DNA from: Lingula anatina
Lineage: Eukaryota; Animalia; Brachiopoda
NCBI GenBank assembly: GCA_051362555.1
Contig: CM120644.1
Span: forward strand, 12,546,567-12,610,566
Length of the DNA stretch: 64,000 nt
Direction of reading: 5' to 3'
Positions 50,101 through 64,000 of this stretch are shown here, in pieces. Made by a program: the position numbers and the translations under genes. The notes under the pieces were generated by a model, which saw only the letters and a list, made by a program, of their open reading frames with translations, did no database searches and was not told the origin of the DNA. The number at the start of each line of letters is the position of its first letter. Position 1 is the first letter of the stretch.

Positions 50101-53100
50101 GAAGAATGACATTGACAGCCAGGAAGATGCACCCCAGTGCAATGACGCTGTTCATCAGTGGCCAGGAGTTTTGAATTAACCTGAACATTAAATATATTGC
50201 GTAAGTTGTGATCGTGTATGTCATTGTGACAGGAATGGTAGTCCTAGGAATGCAAGTCCAGACCATAGGGTCCCATATGGTTAGTACATGTTAGGGTAAG
50301 ACGTAGTATTGGAGCTAGAATATGGGTAGGCCCCTACTACCATTCCAGTCACACCGGTGCCTCTGCAGTCAGAAAATATAGGTATAACAATTAGGGCAGT
50401 AAACCTTAATACACACTTCTCATTTGAACAAAGGAAAAAATCGTGCAATGGATCGCTTGTACGATCTTGTGCAGATATTGATCTATGATTGATTAAATTT
50501 TCACACTTAATGACAGGTAGGCCCTATGTGTACGCATTCCTGCCCACGCTGGTACCAATACATACTGCGTCTTCCATTTGACGATCGTAACTAACAGGAA
50601 CACAACAGTGATGACTATTGATATCACAGCTAGCACAGTGAAGGCTATTTTGAGTTCGTCTGCGACAACCAGTAGTGTTCGGACCGTCCTGTACCCAGAT
50701 TGAGGTATAACGCCACCTATCGAGAGAAAAAGTATGCCTTACACAGTTGCTCAGAATGCATCGGGTGATATTACATTTAAAACTATTTACAATGTTCAAG
50801 ACAGGTAGTCCACTTGGACCCCCCCCCCCCTCCAAAAAGAAAAAAATATATATATATATTTAAAAAAATAAATAAATAAAACAAACAAATTGAGCTACAT
50901 GGACAACAGGGCCAATTCCAACAGGGATACTACAGATGGCTTCCAGTGTGCATCAACCGGGATGTTTACATTTTAGCTGAAACTAATTTTTTTCCTGCTT
51001 GTGTAACTTTCCTAGCCAAAACTGGAAATTTCCCCTCTTATATTTATTTAAGTCAGATGCAAGTAAATAAAGGGAGACGCAGATATGAGGACATAGATCT
51101 ATGAAGACATAGGCCCTACTGCTTGGGTTCAGACAATAAAATATTGGTGAATGAATTTCTATGCTCGATTATCAATGCACTGAATAGGTAGAACCACAAC
51201 GCACCATGAATGTACCACAGTAAACTGATCTTCTCCGACAACGTCATGTTCCGGGATTTCTGGTCATAAATACCAAACAATGTAGCCGTACCGTCTGAAA
51301 TCAGGAATAGGATATCAATTTTTCATTATGATTTCAGGCTATAAAATCTCTTAGTACAACTGTATTTCTTTTAGATGGGGGCATACACAAAGAGTTACAT
51401 GCACGTAAGCACACTTTCTTCCTTCTCTAACTCACACACGCGGGCAAAGGCAGAAACCTACTTCTTATTTGCTCCATGGACAACCAGCTCATTCGACTAC
51501 CATGGGGTGAGAAAGACACAGGACCCTTGAAAGAGAAAAAATCTCATGATTTTATTTTCAGTGAATCTTGTCAACCTACTCTTCCCCTAAATGATAATAC
51601 ATCTGAAAAACGTTGAAAAACTTACCGACGCCCCGAAGAAGTTAGTGCGATTCATTTCTGGCACCAAAGCGTCCGTCACCGTGCCCAGATCGGTGTATTT
51701 GAAGTTGGTGATTATTCTTGGCGGAAGACGAGGCAGACTCTTGTTTAAGGCCAATGCAGCCACCCATATGGCATCATAATTCAACTGATATAGTATTCTT
51801 CTGGTGTCGTCATTGTACCAAGCTTGTTCTTTCATTTCCCTCAAAATTTCTGCAGGATCCTAAAATATGCACCTGTGTATACACATATATCAACAATGTC
51901 CCTTATCGACAGATTTCACTACTCTTTAAGTTTACTAGTTTCCCGTCTTTAAGAGACTATATATATATTGTTAATATTATATCTTGAAATGCGTGCACGA
52001 TGTATGTGTGCGTGTGCGTGTGTTCCTTTAATTACCTTTACTGTAAACGGCCGTTTTGGTTCATATCCGACTTCGCTGGCATGTTTAGCGTCAGCACGGA
52101 ATATAATGAACTGTCCCTCTGCTGCTTGGACCACCTGCTCCGCGTTGCAAGAGAGTTTCCCCTTTTGATGCATGCTGGATGCCAAGTTACGGTAATCCTT
52201 AACGTTTTGCATCAAAGTCAGCCAAACATATTTCTTTCCAAACAAGCCATATTTGTATGCCTGTTTGAAAAAAAAAAAAAAAAAAACAATAAGCAAACCA
52301 CAAACTATGCCAAATATATATGTTCTATGTCGTTTTTACAATATTCTGTTGTGTTGTACTGGCATACGGTACATGTATCACTCTATCCCCCCTTTCAAAA
52401 TACAAAAAAAACTTAATCTAACCCTTTCATCTTTCTAAGGGTTAGGCACAACACCTTTTCAGAACCACAGAACCAATGTTTCAGAAGGAAACACAAGAGG
52501 GTCAATTTTTATCTGCTCCAGTCAGTCTCCGTCATTGTCTTGATATAGATATGTCATTATAGGAATCAGCGACAGCAAATATAAGCTGAAATAAAATGCA
52601 AATAAAAGCAGCAAATGTTAGTACGATTGGAAAATGCCAAATACTACATACAATGGCACTTTTATAGCATTTTCAGTCACAAGAAGTGTAGCCAGTTACA
52701 CTTCGGATTGGATTGTCGTTGCCTAGCCACCAATGTGACTGGAACGGATGTCCGCTAGGAACCGTAGTCCGTTTCCAATTACTTTGTACAGGTGACATTC
52801 GTCCCATATACTAACCCCAATACTCTGATCAACCCACACCTCTAGTAATCATATGGTACCCCGGACTTCCATTTCTAAGACTAACATTCCTGCGACACCG
52901 GCAATTCACTCTAAAACATCTCCATCTGTTCCTAACCCGGCAGACAGTGTTAATAAAGCTACTTTAAGCTATACTGGAATATTTGTAATTTGGCCGTTGG
53001 TTCAGCCCACAACACGCACTGTGTGCTATCGTTTTAACCTTACCTGACAAAACACGTGACAAAGCGGTGAGCCCTGTCCGCTAGCGTGATGCAGGATTAC

Positions 53101-56100
53101 CCTTGCGTCCAATTCCTGGAATGAAAAAATAAATAAATAAAAAACTAGCTAATTTTATACGAAGGTTATTCAATGTGTATTGAGTAGGGCAAATATAGGA
53201 GAGTGACCTCATTGAACACAGGGCATGTTGCATCCCTCCCATTATATCTTGGATAGCTTTATTTGGCTTAGTTTTAAACCCAAAAATTCATATTGTAGTT
53301 TAAATTTATTCATTTATAATTAAAGTGTTACCTTCAGTTTTTCCATCAGTTGGTCTAGCTGCTCTACTCTGTAAAATATAGAAGTGATAATTTCTATGCC
53401 CGACTGTCTTAAGAGAGTTTCCACTTCTTTCGACATCTACTCGGAAAAGAAAAAGAAAACACAGTGTTATTCTTGAAAAAATATCCAATATTTCTTCAAA
53501 CACAGGCACAGGTTTTGCATTCAGACACATACTCACAACAATTAAGATTCGTTTTTCTTATTAATCAGATTTATTACATGAGGCTAAATTAATTTTACAT
53601 GTCATGCGTAATACATGTACATAGGCAGATTGCAATACTAGAATTCTCTCAAAGGCAAAGAAATATTATTCTGCCAGTCATCTGGAAATGTCAGCATCCA
53701 TTTTACCTACCCTCTACCAGGGCGGCAGATCGATTTTTCACGAGATCTTCACAGATATGTCTTTAGATAAATAGACAGTCATTTCATTATCTAGCTTTTT
53801 CATGATTTCCCTATAATATATATCTGCCACACTGGTAGAGGGTACAACTTACCTCTTTATACGACCCCTTGTCCTCCGCAAGCAATGCCACGCGGGTCCA
53901 ACCGAAGCGCTTGACAAAATCCACTTCTATAGTGATAACGTCTAGCAGTGAGCCGATTGTTCGGTACAAATACGGGAAGACGAGTCTTTGGGATAGTGTG
54001 AAAGACGAGCTACCGGTCGCGACCTACAATAAACATGTATCTATAAAAGGATCGGTTGGTCCACCGTGAGAAATTTGTGGTGGTGGGCAGAGTTGAGACA
54101 GTCCAGTTCCCGCCGATAGACAAGGGAAGGGCGGAAGGGCAGCATTCACAACCGCATACTAACTAGTCCGAGGATCAAGTGTGGCCGACTCACTTGAATG
54201 CTTGTTGCATAGTCTCCGTGGGGAGTCTATACAGTGTATATTACGGGATAAGACAGCGAGCTTTTAAATGGATCGCAATATTTGATCCGCGGACTAGTTA
54301 GCCCGCTGCTCTGAATGCGGCCAAGTTCATCTACAGCATTCAGAACAGCTCAGAGTATCATAAGACTAGCCCACTCTCTAACCAGTAGTGTGGTACAAAA
54401 CATTGTATCGCTGATACTTTAATTGTGTATACTATTATACCCTGATATCAGAGGGTAAACCTAACACGAGTTCCAGATCCAAATCAAGATAAAAGATTAA
54501 ATCTTTTATTTTAAGTCAGCGCATAAGTGAGCCAATGTGATCTGAATGAGACTAGAGATGCAGTGTGTTAACATTTTGTTTTGGTGTATCATACCTGTAT
54601 CATCTTCAGTTTCCCCGTGATCTCTCCTATCACATCCGTCTCAGTGACGCTGCCGTGGTGCAGCAGTAACATTACTGGCGGGTCCGTTTTTGGCGTCATC
54701 AGCTCTTGGAGCTTGGCCACAGCGTTTCCAACATGATATACAGATTCGTTCGCAGGCACCTTCAGATAAGAGAAAACAATGTATCAGTGCACTGATTTTC
54801 TGTAAAGGCTATTAAGTTCGGTGATTGTTTTAGCCTGAAATTATTCCAAGATTAATAATGCCCATATTTTTTCTTCATTCTGGCGCCATTGTATAGGTAA
54901 GGCATAAAATATGAGTTTTCAGCTATTTGTGCCAATTCATAGATAAAACTACATTTACGGAAAGATGAAGCTAACAGGTTTTGACTTGGTACCAACCACG
55001 ATTTTCAGGTTAATATAGACTTAAGCACAAAAACTAACTGTGTTGGTGCGCATTATTTTTGAAACGTATAGACTGGCATATGCCATGTGTGTCACATGAG
55101 AGTTAATCTTGTAACTGGGGGTTACATTGTATGAAGTGAGTGTTCAAACGGGTACCTGAAGGTTTACTGTCCTAACGTTGGGGGGCAATGTTTCCTGACC
55201 TTATGGTCATTTTGGCTAAACATTCTTGGTAATGGATACTTGATCTTGCTGTTAAAGTTTGTGATAGGGAATTACGTGACATTAAAAATACTCTTCACGC
55301 CTTTGAACCACCCCCAGTCATTTCTTGTCATGAAAAGATGCTTATATTTCGTGATCCATACATTAAAGACGCCTAAAATGTTGTTTATGCCCCGTAGATG
55401 TTACCTGAAGATCATGTTTTTAAGTCCTTATTATCTTTTTTAGTCTTGTCAGGTAGTCATGGCAACATGCGATAGGTGTATTTTACACGACACGGGGCGG
55501 TCAGACAAAACTCCGCACAATTTTCTTCTGCTGTGAAATTAAACCCAGACTGTTCCTGGTGAAGGTCCGGGAAGGCAGATCCACATTTAGCAGCACTATC
55601 AATATTTTTACAATTTGACATTTTGTCATTTCATTTTATTCAATCTATTCAGCTATTCTCACATCCAAAGGAACGATCAAAATTTGAGAGGGCATGTGCC
55701 ACCCCATTCTAAACCTTACAGAGACAAGTATTTAAATTATACATATATTTGCCTTAACGCGCTGCCAATGACTAGTAGGATTGCGTATAATGTATGTGGC
55801 ACCCCTCGTCTTCTTACGGTTAATAAGGACATTTTAAATTTATAAGCTTGTTGTTTTAAGTTTTTGTTTGTTTGTTTGCTTTTTTTTTTTTTTTTTTTTT
55901 TTTTTTTTGGGGGGGGGGGGGGGGAAGGGAGGTCTTTCAATCTACAGTCAGCTTTGGCCTGTCTTATTTTAATTATCATCATTTTAGGAGACCGTACCAG
56001 AACGATAAGGTCACCATATCATGTCAGTCTTACGGTATGCAACCCTCTTCAATTACAACGACCATGGGTGGGACAACAGAGGGATTAGATTGACTCCGCG

Positions 56101-56947
56101 TAATCTTAATCAAGCAGCTGACAAAGAACTTATTAAGCTACTGCGATCAATTTCAGCAGTAAACGAGCTTGATATAAGGGCGTTCTTTTAAAACTGCAGG
56201 GCATACATGACTGAACTATTTACATTGCTAATAGGGGAAAGGTGAACTGTGCATACCCCATAAAGGACAAATGGAAATGTTTAAAAGATGGCGTCGAGAC
56301 CGAGAACCCGTTGTTCGAGAAATATTGTTGGGCCGGCTCACTGTGAGATATATACATCGTTGAAGTTGCAATTATTGGAATATTCTGACCATTACGTGAG
56401 AAATTCATCTCAACGGAGCCCCCACGCTCGACATCCCCATTCAATTAACTGCAGAACGAAAAATTGTGAAAAGGGAAAAAATCCGGAAGCGTAATGATAA
56501 TAGGTGCGACACAAATTAAACCCGCGGTCCACTTATTTTAAGTTGACATAGTATTTGCTAACATCTAATATCGAATGAATGTTTTTCAGTTTTTCAAAAT
56601 TTGCAAATTTTTCTGACGAGTATTCTTTTTTTGTTGTCTTTATATTGAAAATAACATTAAAAATACTTCAGACAGACTAGACTGATATTTATCCTTGATT
56701 CATATACAGAAATAATGAATTATGGGTTAACTCCACTCACCGAAGTGTTTTTGATGACGAGACGCAGCGTGTGACCTGACAGCACATCGGGGTGGTTGTT
56801 GATGTCGTTGAGGGCCAGCTGCACAGGGCCGTACATTTGCTCGTCGGGCGTGCCAATCGGAGTGAGCATACCGAAGTAAATATCAGCACCCACAGTAACA
56901 CGGAGATACAGACCCAATAACAGCGCAATGCTGGAAAACACTTCCAT
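47114..56947 (-). CDS. GABA-B-receptor-like class C GPCR, copy 3 (16 exons, 782 aa)
   Basis: Exons: 56947-56741, 54759-54595, 54023-53853, 53436-53332, 53115-53044, 52260-52036, 51859-51626, 51525-51462, 51294-51205, 50716-50566, 50180-50098, 49666-49521, 49006-48881, 48635-48496, 47777-47582, 47287-47114. Same exon lengths and splice signals as copies 1 and 2. Confidence 0.92.
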
Positions 56948-59450
56948 TTTTAAACGCGCAAATTCATATAATAGGCTTGTCGCTGCACCGTGTCCGTATG
57001 ACAGTAAATTGTCCTCATCCGATTAACTTCGAGAAGGTTCGCCTGGCGCAGACGCAGACTAAAAACGACCCAGTTATGAAAGGTGATTTTGGCAAGGTTT
57101 TGCAGTTTATGCCCTTTTTCTCAATGCAAACCACAACCTGAAAGATATAATCTTAATGAGGCTAGATAGTTTTTTTTTTGTAAATTATCATATGACGCGT
57201 TAAAGGCTAACCAAGACCAGTTCTTGTTTTAAAACTGTGTCCTAAAGTATCCGTGAGGACACGACGTGAATAATGTGAAATGTGCAAGTCACTTGCGTTT
57301 CGAGAGAAAACATTTTCCCGTGAGCTTAGGATTCCAGCAGACGATCTTGTCGCACAGACGAACTGGTCAGCACAAGGGTAGAAAAGGAGTGAAAGGATTG
57401 AGTTTTTTTTTCTTCAGCGTCCTTCGCTTACATTGAGAAGGTGGAAAGAATTGCAATCGTAGAGAAAATAAATTGTTTGATTATCGTTTGATAAGCTCTT
57501 TCTTTCTACTCAGTATATTGGAAAGGGGCAAATTTCCTTTTTCATTATTTGTTGTTGCTGTTGATTTTGTTTAAAAAAAATCGTATAGAATCTTTGATGA
57601 AAATGTAGATAAGATGTCAGGTTTTAGAGGAAAAGTACCAATAACACCATGAAAATTCGTTTTAAAAGAGTATTTTTCAGCTTTCCCCCGTACATTTAAT
57701 GCCAAGCAGGTCGACCAGAGTTCGACAATACGAACTCACGCGTGTCACGTAGGATGCGTATTTGTAATCTCAATGCTTCTAGCAACATCATGAATACCAT
57801 TAGGGACAATATTTTTTTTATCAGACAAGTTTTGTACATCCAGAATGATGAAAATTCTGATGTTCTCCGCGCGGCACAGAGAGGGTTGATAAAGTACAAT
57901 CATTGGCTCTGGCGGAGGCCAATTTTTTTTTTTTTAATATCAGAAAAGTGATATTGACGGTCAAAGTTGACTACTAATATATGGATATATCTTACACTGA
58001 AGCAGACTATATTTTTGTGTAAACATTTAAACCTTTTTTGGAGCTAAAATCATTTTATGAAACCGGCCCATCTACATACAGTGCATGGCTGATCTACTAC
58101 AGAGCATAGAGTTGACCTCTCCCCCTCCCCCCAAACAAAAATAATAATAATAATGAATAAATCAATAAACAGACCCATAAGAAATTCATTAAATCCCAAT
58201 AAGGTCTATCACATTCCTACCGGATTTTCCGGATTTTTGGTGTGATTGCTCCCCACAATTCACACGAGGGTTGTTCTTGTACAAATGGTGCTGGGAAAAT
58301 CTCCGAAAAAAAAAATTTTTTTTTGTCACTCTGCACTCTCGTCTTCACACGTGCAGATGTAGTTGCTTCCATCTGGCCAAAAGTTACCAGGGCGCATCAG
58401 AGGCAAGTGCACATAAATATTCTGCTGTTTTTATGCTGTGTAACGAGCGGAATGATACAATAGAAGGTACTTTTGCCGTGCCCTGAATAGACGTATGCCC
58501 TCGTCAACGTTATGTATTTGCGAGTCGAACCAAAACATAAACCTTCTTATTGTGTTTAACATGGCAGAACCCTGGATCTAAGGGACCGTTCAGATTGAGT
58601 AATGCCGACCTAGTCAGTACTCCACGGGACACTCAGTGAATGCAATCAGATTAACAGACTAACACGCCTCCTAACGTTGAGTAGAGTACGAAAAAGCTGT
58701 TGATTATACTAGTACGTTGGAAACAATAAGGATGTGTTCGTCTGTTAATTTGATTACATTCGGCGAGAGACTCTGCGGAGTTGGTGCGCATTAGCTAAGT
58801 CGACAGAACTCCTACGGAAAGGTCCCTTATAGAATTAACGAGTATGGACACGTCTCTATTCAGCTTGGAAGACCTGCGGCAGGGTGACGGGTTTCGCATA
58901 TCTTTCTCCCTCCTCTCTTTTTTTTTCTCTCTCCTGCAGTGAATGACTTGCAATATTTTATCTCCATACTGATGCATAAATAAATCATTATGAATTCATT
59001 GTCGTGCTCGAGGTGATATTGTGCCAAATTCGTTTCTATCAACGTCGCGTTTTTGTCTTTTTTTTAATCTGTCAACTTCTATCTGTTCTGTTGATCAAAT
59101 ATGATCCCAACTCAGCGTGTTTTCTGCGATTTAACATCATTTAGAACGCATATGTCAAAAAAAAAAAAAAAAAAAACATCAGCCTAGAGTTACCATTTCC
59201 CTGTATTATATGTAAGCAAAATACTGGTACTCTACGACCTGTAAATCAACTTTAATGATTCCAAGTCATGTAAGGCAATCGTTTATGAAATATGAATATA
59301 AATTATGGGTTGTATATGAACAGTATTATCCGTAATGCCTGACCCGTACGTTTTCACAACCAGTGCCACATAAAGGTGTCACTACTCTTACGTTGACGGA
59401 ATTCCTTCCAAATCACTAAGGAGTTTGCCCTACGGGAGTGGGACTTCTTG

Positions 59451-59523
59451 TCACAGTGAAATAGGTTATTATTCATATGTTTATATGTCACAGTGAAATA
59501 GGTTATTATTCATATGTTTATAT
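59451..59523. repeat. 37-bp tandem duplication
   Basis: TCACAGTGAAATAGGTTATTATTCATATGTTTATAT occurs twice in tandem. Confidence 0.85.
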
Positions 59524-60953
59524 ATCTCTTGCAAAATGAAGGTAAAAAGTAATCATTTGAAAAGAAATGCAGGGTCGAAACGTTGTTTTGTATCATTATT
59601 GATAGCCTAAGGTAAGAAAAACGTTTGTTTAGTAACGACTTCTTTTTTTATTACCAACGGTGGCATGGTTTGCTTGTGAAGGGCTAATAATGTGCAGAAC
59701 AAAGAAAAAAGGGCACGGTTTATTTACACGTTTTTTATTACCAATCTTCTATATATTCTTGGTTTAAAATTTTATGTATACGGCCTGTAGAGTACGAAGT
59801 AAAAGCCATTTGTCGACCAAAACATAGTACCCTTCAGTCAAAAATGATCACATTTTGTGAATCACTTTCAGTTAAAAAAAACAACAAAAAAACAAAAAAA
59901 AAAAAAAAAAAAAAAAAAAACGCACAATAAGTATTAAACAAAACTAAAATACCAATGACTTTGAAGATTCCCTCTTCATATGTCAACATATAATAAATTC
60001 TAGCTTATTGTATACAAAACCAAAATAGTATTAAAGCTCTTTAGTATGCAGAATCAACACAACATATACATAGTATATTGCTCCTTTGAGAGTGAAACTG
60101 TTCTGCTTGTACCCAGTAATGATCCAAAATCATTGTCCCGCCATTGTCACATTGAATACTTTCCCTTGCAAAGTTGTCCAACGATTCTTACCAAGACACC
60201 AAGCTCATCCTGATGTCTATCAAAACACCTGTGGTTTTCCTGAATATTTTTGCAGCCATACCCAAACGTGCTGCAGCATAAAAATGGTCCACTTAGGATT
60301 TCTTCACAAACCATCCTAGCTGCCCGTTTTTTTTCCATATCTGTATCAGTATTTCCTTGTAAGCATTGCACATTCTGTATCACCTTTCACAATATTCACA
60401 CACCAACATGTATGTAGAAACGATGTGAAGCAGCTGATGCTACATTCCAGCACATAATCAAGTCAGGTAATATAATAAATAGATCAGAGTTCCATATCTA
60501 ACAGCAAGTCTCTGAGCAGATGTAAAGGTCTTATGCTCCCTCTCTTTCTCTATAATTATGTATGTTTATGTATATTTAATTATATTATGGCAAGCTGCTT
60601 TGAAATACCATACATGAAGAGTTGCCAAATGTTCCCAATTCTTTATAATAAAAGATGCTTCACAACAACTGCTAAACTTAGAGTTATTTACGCTCCAATA
60701 TCTCCATCTAACACAGCTGATGATATCATTTTTTTTGTTTTTTCCTTTTCAACCAATTGATTTTCTTCGCCTTCAAGTGTCGTATTCTGTTATTTATCAA
60801 GGTGGATACAGCCGTCCTGGTTAACCATCGCCTTAAGTCCATTCAGATTTAAAGAAAATCCATCCATTTGATTGAAGTTAAATCTGAGCCCCTACTGAAA
60901 GATCCAGAGGACCATGTTCACTGAGCCTGCTCATCACACATCAATAAACAACA

Positions 60954-61162
60954 GGCCCCAGTTTCACAAAAAAACTGAAGTCAAGTTCCCTTGCTAAAAA
61001 CTTAATTACCAAGGTAACATGGTCACATGGACACATCTTGCCCTATCAGGAGCAGTGTACGCCGTAACAGCACTCTCACGGATATTCTAGTCAACTAAGC
61101 TAGGGAACTGAATAAAGTTTTTTTTTTATTATTATTTTTTTTTATTTTGTGAAACTGAAGCC
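60954..61162. mobile_element. MITE-like element in the presumed DNAJB6-like 3' UTR
   Basis: Imperfect TIRs GGCCCCAGTTTCACAAAA / TTTTGTGAAACTGAAGCC with inner AGTTCCCT / AGGGAACT. Confidence 0.55.
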
Positions 61163-61262
61163 AGATGGACACATTTTAGAACTGAAGACACTGGCAACTC
61201 TGACTATGGCACAGTCAATGTTGATACAGTATTTTCTATAGAATAAAGTGCTGTTGTTGCTT

Positions 61263-62057
61263 TCAATATGATATGGCCTCTGCTTGCTGTCCATTTACTG
61301 TTTTTGATTTGACCTTTCCGTCCTCTTCTACAGTAACTGTTTCCACACCATTTTCCACAACTCTGAAAAAAATTATGATAATAATAAGAATAATAATGAA
61401 TTATGAATAATAATTGAAACTATAACAGTAACAATCATAAAAATACAGCAGGTTGGTGTAATTCTGATGTTAAGTAATCTTCCATCAAAATTTTTGTGTT
61501 TTTAAAAAAGTGGACCTTTTAACCATGAAACTTTAGCGTGCCTAGAACAATTTTTACCCCTGGCAGATTTTTTCCCCAGCAAAAAGTACGGTTTGTTTGA
61601 ACCCCCCTGGCTATGCAGTGGAGTATTGGGGGGGGGGGGGGGGGGGGGGTCAGGTGGGTCCTGACCCCCCCTTCAGTTTCTGAAACATATATCCCACCAA
61701 TATTCTCTTTAAATTAGAATTTTGACTAGCTAAATTATAGTTTTAAACTGTACCAAAGGGCACTATTTGCTCTCCAAAACACCTATAAATTTTCAGGCCT
61801 CGATCCCTACACCAAGGGGGCGAAAGTTGGCTTCACATCTGAGGCATGTCATTCTGCCGGCCCCCCCCCTCTTCAAATAATCCTGGATCCCCCTGGCTAC
61901 AGGCCTGAGAAACCACCAAACACAAACAATGAAACCAGATACTCACTTTTTTGTTACTACTTTCTTCCCATTGACAAATCTCGTGGATGTGGATGTGGAC
62001 CTAAAGTTTCCACCCTGCCTTGGTCCACTGAATGCAGAACCCGAGAATGTGGTGAAA
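61263..62057 (-). CDS. DNAJB6: DnaJ homolog subfamily B member 6-like (MRJ), last two coding exons
   Basis: Exons 62057-61947 and 61362-61263 splice to [69 protein letters not shown], matching the S/T-rich and C-terminal domain of DNAJB6/DNAJB2-type chaperones. J-domain exons were not found in the window. Confidence 0.85.
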
Positions 62058-62652
62058 CTGTGGGAACAGAAAAAGAGAAAACAGAATTAAATATTCCATT
62101 ATGATAATAACTAAATTTCTCTCTCTGGCTGTGTTTTTTTTTTTTTTTTTTTGATCACTTAATCTGTTGCTTTCTATGTACACAAATCCAGGTCCTGGAT
62201 AATAATTTGTTAATATTTCCCTTTAGCTTTTAAGTCTGCAACTCAAGGGAATTAGCATATAAAATATACTAAAATATCGATTAATAAATTACTGTTTTGC
62301 TGGAATGGTACCAATAACACATTTAATGGAAATATCCACCCCTGTATACTTCACAGATTGTTAAATATTCTGAAACACAAAGGCATACAAGATGCAATAA
62401 CTGTCGGATCCCCAAACCATGTTTGTACTTTATCCCTTTGAACCAAGCATCATATTTGTGATATATATATATATATAATTATTATTGTATCTTAGTACAC
62501 ATATTTTATCTTTCAAATAAGTTGTAACATCAGGAAGATATTCTACCAGCCTTAAAAATTATATAATTTATCAAATCATCTCTCTATCTAATCGTGTGTG
62601 CATTTAGGTACATCGTTTGTGGTTTATATCCATATTAGGTGTATAATGTTAA

Positions 62653-62989
62653 AGGGATAATAACTCTTCGTTTTGGCCAAAAAATGAATTTTCCTGGAGT
62701 AAACAACAATTTTCCCATGCTTACCAATGGTTAATGAATCCATTTTTACATTCAAAGTTAGTCCCTGTTTTTTTTCTAAAAAGTTTGGTTTTTTGTTAAA
62801 ATCTCTTAAGAGATTTTAACGGAGTATAGCCATCAATGGAGGTCACGTGGTCTGAAGACAAGCTCAGATATCAGAATAATAGCTATAACTGCTGTTTTTT
62901 GTCGTAAAACAGATATATTATATTTCTGTGAGTTATTCACAATGTTTTTATTGTGAAATATAGACCTCATACGAAGAGTTATTATCCCT
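62653..62989. mobile_element. Second copy of the TTAA/Kolobok-like non-autonomous element
   Basis: Same TIRs, TTAA TSD and internal sequence as 22614-22941. Confidence 0.85.
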
Positions 62990-64000
62990 TTAAGCCAACT
63001 ACAACTTGCCCCCTCTCTCTCTCCTTGTATGTGTATGTGTTGACAAACATATTCCATGGACAGTCTCTCTCCTCAAGGTTTTATTTCAAATCCAGCTTTT
63101 CAGCTATCATACACTGGTCTTCTATGCTGAAGTCTTCTACATTTATAAGTGTTTGTTCTCTGCTTATGGGGCAAATCTTGCTTAATCAATCATTTCCCTT
63201 GGGGCTGTTGATTTTATTTCTGCATCCTCTCAAAATTATCTTCATATTTTAATCTTTTTAATTTTCAAAGTTTTACTGAAATCCTGCTAAATAAAATCCT
63301 GCTTAATAAAATAATCAAATTCAACTGCCACAGTGTAAAGCAATCATCTTCTCTAACACACCTGAGCTCTGAATGTGCATCAGAAGAAGAAAACACTGGG
63401 GCACAACTAACACACTGGCAGTATATCCCGAGTATTGTAACTCCATGTCTGAAATATATCTTACTCATCAAATGTACATTAAATTATATACCCTCAGCTT
63501 ATGAACACACATATACTGACAAAGCATTAACAGTGGGCCCAAAAAGTTGGCAGAGAACTTATAATCCTGGAAAGGGAAAAGGGGGAAAAACAAAGTATCG
63601 ATCCAGCCAGGAGTATTGCATAACATGAATAACCAGAGTCAAGCTGTAGTGGCAGTACAGTCTTACCAGCATGTCTCTTCATATCAGTGATATATTCATT
63701 TATGGCTTAACCTGTCAGTCAAAGTGTTGTGGGTGTAGCATTTCCAATGTTTATCAACAGTCTTTGAGACTAAATGATTCATTTTCTTAATGAGATGCAG
63801 TATAGACCACTTAGATATTGTCCATGTTTCAAAAATATTTTAAAAGAAAATGCCAAATTGAATGTTATTTACATTCACAGCTGCTTTATTTCAATGGATT
63901 ACTACAGACATAAACAGGATCAAAGTGGACTTATAAATTCAGTCATTATGTTAACTGTTTAATGCTTTGCAACAGCTTACCCAGAATGTCAGTTCGTCAC

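Noticed and set aside
47114-56947. Assigning GABBR1/GABBR2 gene symbols
   Set aside because: Too divergent, with no coiled-coil tail and altered ligand motifs; orthology cannot be shown from the sequence alone.
58579-58850. Possible MITE with TAAGGGACC..GGTCCCTTA ends
   Set aside because: The inverted match is short and degenerate, with no second copy or empty site in the window.
62953-63471. Short ORFs as further DNAJB6 exons
   Set aside because: No J-domain or G/F-rich coding signal; the minus-strand frame examined contains stops; likely intron.

Overview
AT-rich, intron-containing animal (invertebrate-type) genomic DNA that is mostly a tandem gene array. Plus strand: six copies (A-F) of a sarcoplasmic-calcium-binding/photoprotein-like EF-hand gene. 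A is cut by the window edge, B and F have intact frames, C has a single homopolymer frameshift, and D and E are broken. Four copies carry a previously unexplained, length-invariant 207-nt coding exon whose product looks like a mitochondrial presequence. Minus strand: three 16-exon, 782-aa GABA-B-like class C GPCR genes (12798-24907, 28240-40136, 47114-56947), each tail-to-tail with an EF-hand copy. The middle GPCR is a recombinant of the other two. The array holds copy-specific mobile elements: a Helentron/HINE-like element carrying a 146-bp satellite, a young 5'-rearranged L1/Tx1-type LINE just upstream of EF-hand copy F, a decayed Tc1/mariner and several MITEs. The last two exons of a DNAJB6-like gene lie near the right end. 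Gene models were built by hand from splice signals and reading-frame phase; no expression or database evidence was available.
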